A DNA stretch of 64,000 nucleotides from an uncultured Acidobacteriaceae bacterium (lineage in GTDB: Bacteria; Acidobacteriota; Terriglobia; Terriglobales; Acidobacteriaceae). Positions 60,429 to 64,000 of the stretch are shown one piece after another. The notes below the pieces were generated by a model, which saw only the letters and a program-made list of their open reading frames with translations, did not search any database and was not told the DNA's origin. The stretch spans positions 273,555 through 337,554 of the forward strand of contig CAWEAO010000018.1 of NCBI GenBank assembly GCA_963807075.1. Direction: 5' to 3'. The position numbers and the translations under genes were made by a program. Within the stretch, counting starts at the first letter, position 1, and every line of letters begins with the position of its first letter.

Positions 60429-61883
60429 TCATTGGAGCCACTGGGTCGCGCTGCCTGGAAGGAAGCGGCCTGCGCGGTTTCCGGTGAGTCCTTGAGCAGT
60501 GTACGACAGCGTGCCGTTTACCCAGACGCATTCGATGCCCTGGGCCGCACGGATCGGGTCGGCGAATGTCGCGGTGTCGAGGATCGTGTCGGGATTGAAG
60601 AGGACCAGGTCTGCCCAGTGGTTTTCGGCGATAGCTCCGCGCTCGGCGAGACCGAAGCGTCGGGCGGGCATGGTGGTCATTTTGTGAATGGCCTGCGGAA
60701 GCGTGAACAGCTTTTCGTCGCGGCAGTAGCGGCCCAGCACGCGGGGAAACGCTCCCCAGAGGCGGGGATGAGGATGCTTGTCCCATGGCAAGCCGTCCGA
60801 GCCAATCATCGTGGCAGGGTGCGCGAGGATGCGGCGCATATCGTCCTCATCGATGCTGTGATAGATGGCGCCTGCGGGCTGCAGACGCTTGGCTGCATCG
60901 AGTTGATTCATATCCCATTCGGCGGCGATGTCGGCGAGAGTACGCCCTGCGACTTCGGGGTAGGCGGTGCTCCAGGTAATCCCGATCCCGACCCGTGGGT
61001 CAACTTGTTTGAGGTCGAGGGTGCTGGAGCCAGCGGCGTAGGGATAACAGTCGCAGCCAATATGCTGGTTGGTGCGCGCCTGTTCGAGCGCATGGAGGAC
61101 TTCGCCGCTGCGTCCCCAGTTCGCGATGCCGGCGCACTTGAGATGCGAAATAACGACAGGTGACCTGCTCGAGCGACCGATGCGGAAGGCTTCATCCATG
61201 GCATCGAGGATCGCGTCCGTTTCCGTGCGCAAGTGCGTGACGTAGACGGCATTCGCGCCAATGAGAGCATCAGCCAATGCGAGCACTTCATCGGTGCTCG
61301 CGGCGTTTGCCGAAGAATATGCCAGGCCGGAACTGAGGCCGAGTGCGCCGGCGGCGAGAGCCGAGGTGAGTTCGGCATGCATCGACCGAATCTCCCCGTC
61401 GGTAGCGGTGCGATCGAGACGGTCCATGTGGTTGTTACGAAGCGATGTGTGTCCGATAAGGGCGGCGACGTTGACGGCGGGTCTAGCAGCGTCGAGTTCG
61501 GCGAGGTAGTGGGCGAAGGTTGGGTAGCGGAAATTATTACGCTTGCCGAGCAGGTTCATCGGATCGGGCGGATCGGCTTTGAGGCGCACGGGCGAAGCAC
61601 TGATGCCGCAGTTGCCGACGATCACGGTGGTGACGCCCTGGGAGATCTTGGGCAGCATCGTCGGCGTTTCGATTACGCTGGTGTCGTCATGGGTATGCGC
61701 GTCGATGAAGCCGGGCGCCAGGCAGAGGCCGTCGGCTTCGATTACGTGATCGGCGCGGCACTTCAAAGGCACGTCTATCGCGGCTATGCGGCCGTTGTGC
61801 AGGGCGACATCGAGCAGTTGTGCGTCGCTTCCGCTGCCGTCGAGCACTCTTGCATTTCGTATGAGCGTGTCGCAATTCAGCAT
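60429..61883 (-). CDS. N-acyl-D-amino-acid deacylase (D-aminoacylase)
   Basis: LIRNARVLDGSG, PGFIDAHTHDD, QGVTTVIVGNCG, GSDG, HPRLWGAFPRVLG, ADLVLF; start MLNCDT at 61883 (ORF track extends to 62363). Confidence 0.92.
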   Translation of the reverse strand: MLNCDTLIRNARVLDGSGSDAQLLDVALHNGRIAAIDVPLKCRADHVIEADGLCLAPGFIDAHTHDDTSVIETPTMLPKISQGVTTVIVGNCGISASPVRLKADPPDPMNLLGKRNNFRYPTFAHYLAELDAARPAVNVAALIGHTSLRNNHMDRLDRTATDGEIRSMHAELTSALAAGALGLSSGLAYSSANAASTDEVLALADALIGANAVYVTHLRTETDAILDAMDEAFRIGRSSRSPVVISHLKCAGIANWGRSGEVLHALEQARTNQHIGCDCYPYAAGSSTLDLKQVDPRVGIGITWSTAYPEVAGRTLADIAAEWDMNQLDAAKRLQPAGAIYHSIDEDDMRRILAHPATMIGSDGLPWDKHPHPRLWGAFPRVLGRYCRDEKLFTLPQAIHKMTTMPARRFGLAERGAIAENHWADLVLFNPDTILDTATFADPIRAAQGIECVWVNGTLSYTAQGLTGNRAGRFLPGSATQWLQ

Positions 61884-62019
61884 CTGGACTGACTCAGAAT
61901 ATAGACTATGGTCGCGGGCAGGAGAAGACGCCCAGCGGCGAGGTGTGATGATTCGCGAAAAGAGCACAAGGACGCGGTCGGAGCGCCAGATCGGCCGGCT
62001 TAACAAGGGGCTCGGCACG

Positions 62020-63228
62020 ATGGACTCGCCGACAGCCGCTGAGGATATCGTGCGCCTGGGGTGGAACCTTCTGCGCGAGGACCTGAGCCTGCCGTCTGCC
62101 GTCCTGTATCGCGATCGCCTCGAGCACAATCTCGCATGGATGCAGCGCTTCATGGATGCATACAAGGTCCGGCTGGCGCCGCATGGGAAGACGACGATGG
62201 CGCCGCGACTCTTTGAGATGCAATTGAAGAGTGGGGCGTGGGGCATCACGCTGGCGAGCGCCCACCAGGCAAAGGTGGCGCATACGCATGGTGTGTCCCG
62301 AGTGCTGATGGCAAATGAGCTTGTGGGCAAACAAAACATGGAGACGATCGCCGCGTTGCTCACCGATCCGGAGTTTGAGTTTTATTGCCTGGTGGATTCG
62401 GCGGCTGGCGTCGATCTTCTGGGAGAATTCTTTTCGGCGCGCGGGCTGCGGCTGAACGTGCTGCTGGAACTGGGCGTAATGGGCGGACGTTGCGGAGTTC
62501 GCGATGATGCGCAGTTGGAGGCTGTGCTGGAAGCGTTGGCCCGGTGGAGCGACACGATACAGCTTTGCGGAGTGGAGCTCTACGAAGGCGTCCTGAAGGA
62601 GGAGGCAGAAATTCGCGCGTTTATGCAGCGAGCCTGCAAGGTAATCCGGACGCTGCTGGATCGGAAGGCATTCGCGCGAGTGCCGGCCCTGCTTTCGGGC
62701 GCGGGATCAGCATGGTACGACGTGGTCGCGGAGGAATTCGCTGCCGCAGGATTCGGCGATGCGGTGGAAATTGTGCTGCGGCCGGGATGCTACCTCACCC
62801 ACGACGTAGGCAGCTACGAGACGCAGCAGAGGCGAATCCTCACATCGAATCCGATTGCGCGCGAGATGCGCTCCGGGCTCGTGCCGGCGCTTCACGTGTG
62901 GGCGTACGTGCAATCGATTCCTGAGGCCGAACTAGCGGTGGTGGGAATGGGCCGTCGCGATGCGGCGTTTGACTCAGGATTGCCAACGCCTGCGCTTCAC
63001 TTCCGCCCCGGCACTGACCACCCGCAGGCCTGCCCCTCGCATTGGGAAACCACGAAAATAATGGATCAGCACGCGTATATGAAGATTGCGGCTGGGGATG
63101 ATGTGCGTGTTGGCGATATGGTGGGGTTCAACATTTCGCACCCATGCCTCACATTCGACAAGTGGAGGACGCTGCCGATTCTGGATGGCCATTACAACGT
63201 GGTGGATGTAGTGCAGACGTATTTCTAG
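62020..63228 (+). CDS. PLP-dependent amino-acid deaminase (D-serine dehydratase/D-threonine aldolase-like, alanine-racemase fold)
   Basis: LEHNLAWMQ, LAPHGKTTMAP (PLP Lys), LMANELVG, GGRCGVR, LRPGCYLTHD, MDQHAYM, ISHPCLTFDKW; start could be 61948. Confidence 0.88.
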   Translation: MDSPTAAEDIVRLGWNLLREDLSLPSAVLYRDRLEHNLAWMQRFMDAYKVRLAPHGKTTMAPRLFEMQLKSGAWGITLASAHQAKVAHTHGVSRVLMANELVGKQNMETIAALLTDPEFEFYCLVDSAAGVDLLGEFFSARGLRLNVLLELGVMGGRCGVRDDAQLEAVLEALARWSDTIQLCGVELYEGVLKEEAEIRAFMQRACKVIRTLLDRKAFARVPALLSGAGSAWYDVVAEEFAAAGFGDAVEIVLRPGCYLTHDVGSYETQQRRILTSNPIAREMRSGLVPALHVWAYVQSIPEAELAVVGMGRRDAAFDSGLPTPALHFRPGTDHPQACPSHWETTKIMDQHAYMKIAAGDDVRVGDMVGFNISHPCLTFDKWRTLPILDGHYNVVDVVQTYF

Positions 63229-63373
63229 GATATCCGCGCGTTGTTGTCCGATTCGGACTGTCTCTGGGCCGGACCGAATCATAGTGATTGTGGATCCCGT
63301 TTCCTTTCGGGAACCCTGATAAGTGGCGACTGCCTGCCATTCGCATAAGCAGGAAAATGCGCGTCAAGTCGGG

Positions 63374-63820
63374 TCAGGAGATTGCGAGCAGGTCCTGGCG
63401 GAGGGTATCCCAATTCACGGAACTGGCCCCACTTTCAATTTCTTCGTGTGTACGTTGCCACACAGGAAGAGCGCGCGCAAGCAGGTTTCGACCTTTGTCG
63501 GTGAGGACGAGGATGCGGCTGCGGCGGTCGCTTGGATCCTTCTGGACTTTGACGAGGCCGCGGCGCTCAAGCGGCTTCAATGCGGCGGTCAACGTGGTAC
63601 GATCCATCGCGAGCAGGGAAGCGACTGGCCCCATAGGCGGCGGCTCCGGGCGATTGAGCGACATGAGCAACGAGAACTGGCCGTTGGTAAGCTCGAAGGG
63701 ACGCAGTTCCTCATCGAAGCGCCGGGCCAGGGCGCGCGCGGCACGCTGCACGTGAAGACAGAGACATCGGTCTCTGACCATCAGTGTTGTTTCGTATGGC
63801 AGCGTTTTTGTACTTGACAC
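63374..63820 (-). CDS. MarR family transcriptional regulator
   Basis: CLCLHVQRAARALARRFD, LTNGQFSLL, MDRTTLTAALKPLERRGLV, DRRSRILVLT. Confidence 0.93.
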   Translation of the reverse strand: MSSTKTLPYETTLMVRDRCLCLHVQRAARALARRFDEELRPFELTNGQFSLLMSLNRPEPPPMGPVASLLAMDRTTLTAALKPLERRGLVKVQKDPSDRRSRILVLTDKGRNLLARALPVWQRTHEEIESGASSVNWDTLRQDLLAIS

Positions 63821-63826
63821 AGGGCA

Positions 63827-63855
63827 AGAATAGTTGATATCAACGTATTCGTCAA
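63827..63855 (-). promoter_or_regulatory. marR promoter with palindromic operator in the spacer
   Basis: Minus strand TTGACG-N17-TATTCT; perfect palindrome GTTGATATCAAC at 63833-63844. Confidence 0.6.
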
Positions 63856-63900
63856 GTAATACGATGTGGTCGAGTCCGATTCCCCTCGGAGGTCTTCACG

Positions 63901-64000
63901 ATGTCCTTCCTGCATGATCTCAAGATAGCTGTCCGCTCGTTGTGGCGCGTTCGCGCGTTGTGGTTCACAGTGGCGCTAACGCTGGCGTTGGGAATCGGTG
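63901..64000 (+). CDS. ABC permease (ADOP/MacB-like), 5' end truncated by window edge
   Basis: MSFLHDLKIAVRSLWRVRALWFTVALTLALGIG matches the N-terminus of the 40226 permease family; GGAGG upstream. Confidence 0.8.
   Translation, partial: MSFLHDLKIAVRSLWRVRALWFTVALTLALGIG

Overview
GC-rich bacterial chromosome segment. The gene repertoire (Oar-like TonB receptors, PadR/ADOP-type permease pairs, multiheme-TPR proteins, characteristic intergenic palindromes) suggests Acidobacteriota (inference). Main contents: (1) GH79-like hydrolase, pncB, TetR/SDR, a small cytochrome c and a solitary PD-(D/E)XK-like nuclease; (2) a complex I-like operon nuoA-B-C-D-I-H-J-K-L-M-M-N with no nuoEFG, two NuoM genes and a 26-residue internal repeat in the NuoL lateral helix (the '2M' complex I architecture), converging on GTP-type PEPCK; (3) three TonB-dependent receptors, one behind a cobalamin riboswitch, plus a beta-helix/Ig-repeat surface protein and two multiheme cytochrome-TPR modules; (4) tRNA-Arg(CCT) next to an unexplained structured intergenic RNA candidate; (5) groES-groEL with CIRCE; (6) a glycan cluster with NodS-like and NodB-like tailoring enzymes; (7) a GntP/D-aminoacylase/PLP-deaminase cluster, marR and a partial permease. 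Two dispersed intergenic repeat families are present. Three genes each carry a single extra base, probably sequencing errors. No CRISPR array, transposase or integrase was found. All product calls are from motif recognition by eye; no database search was run.
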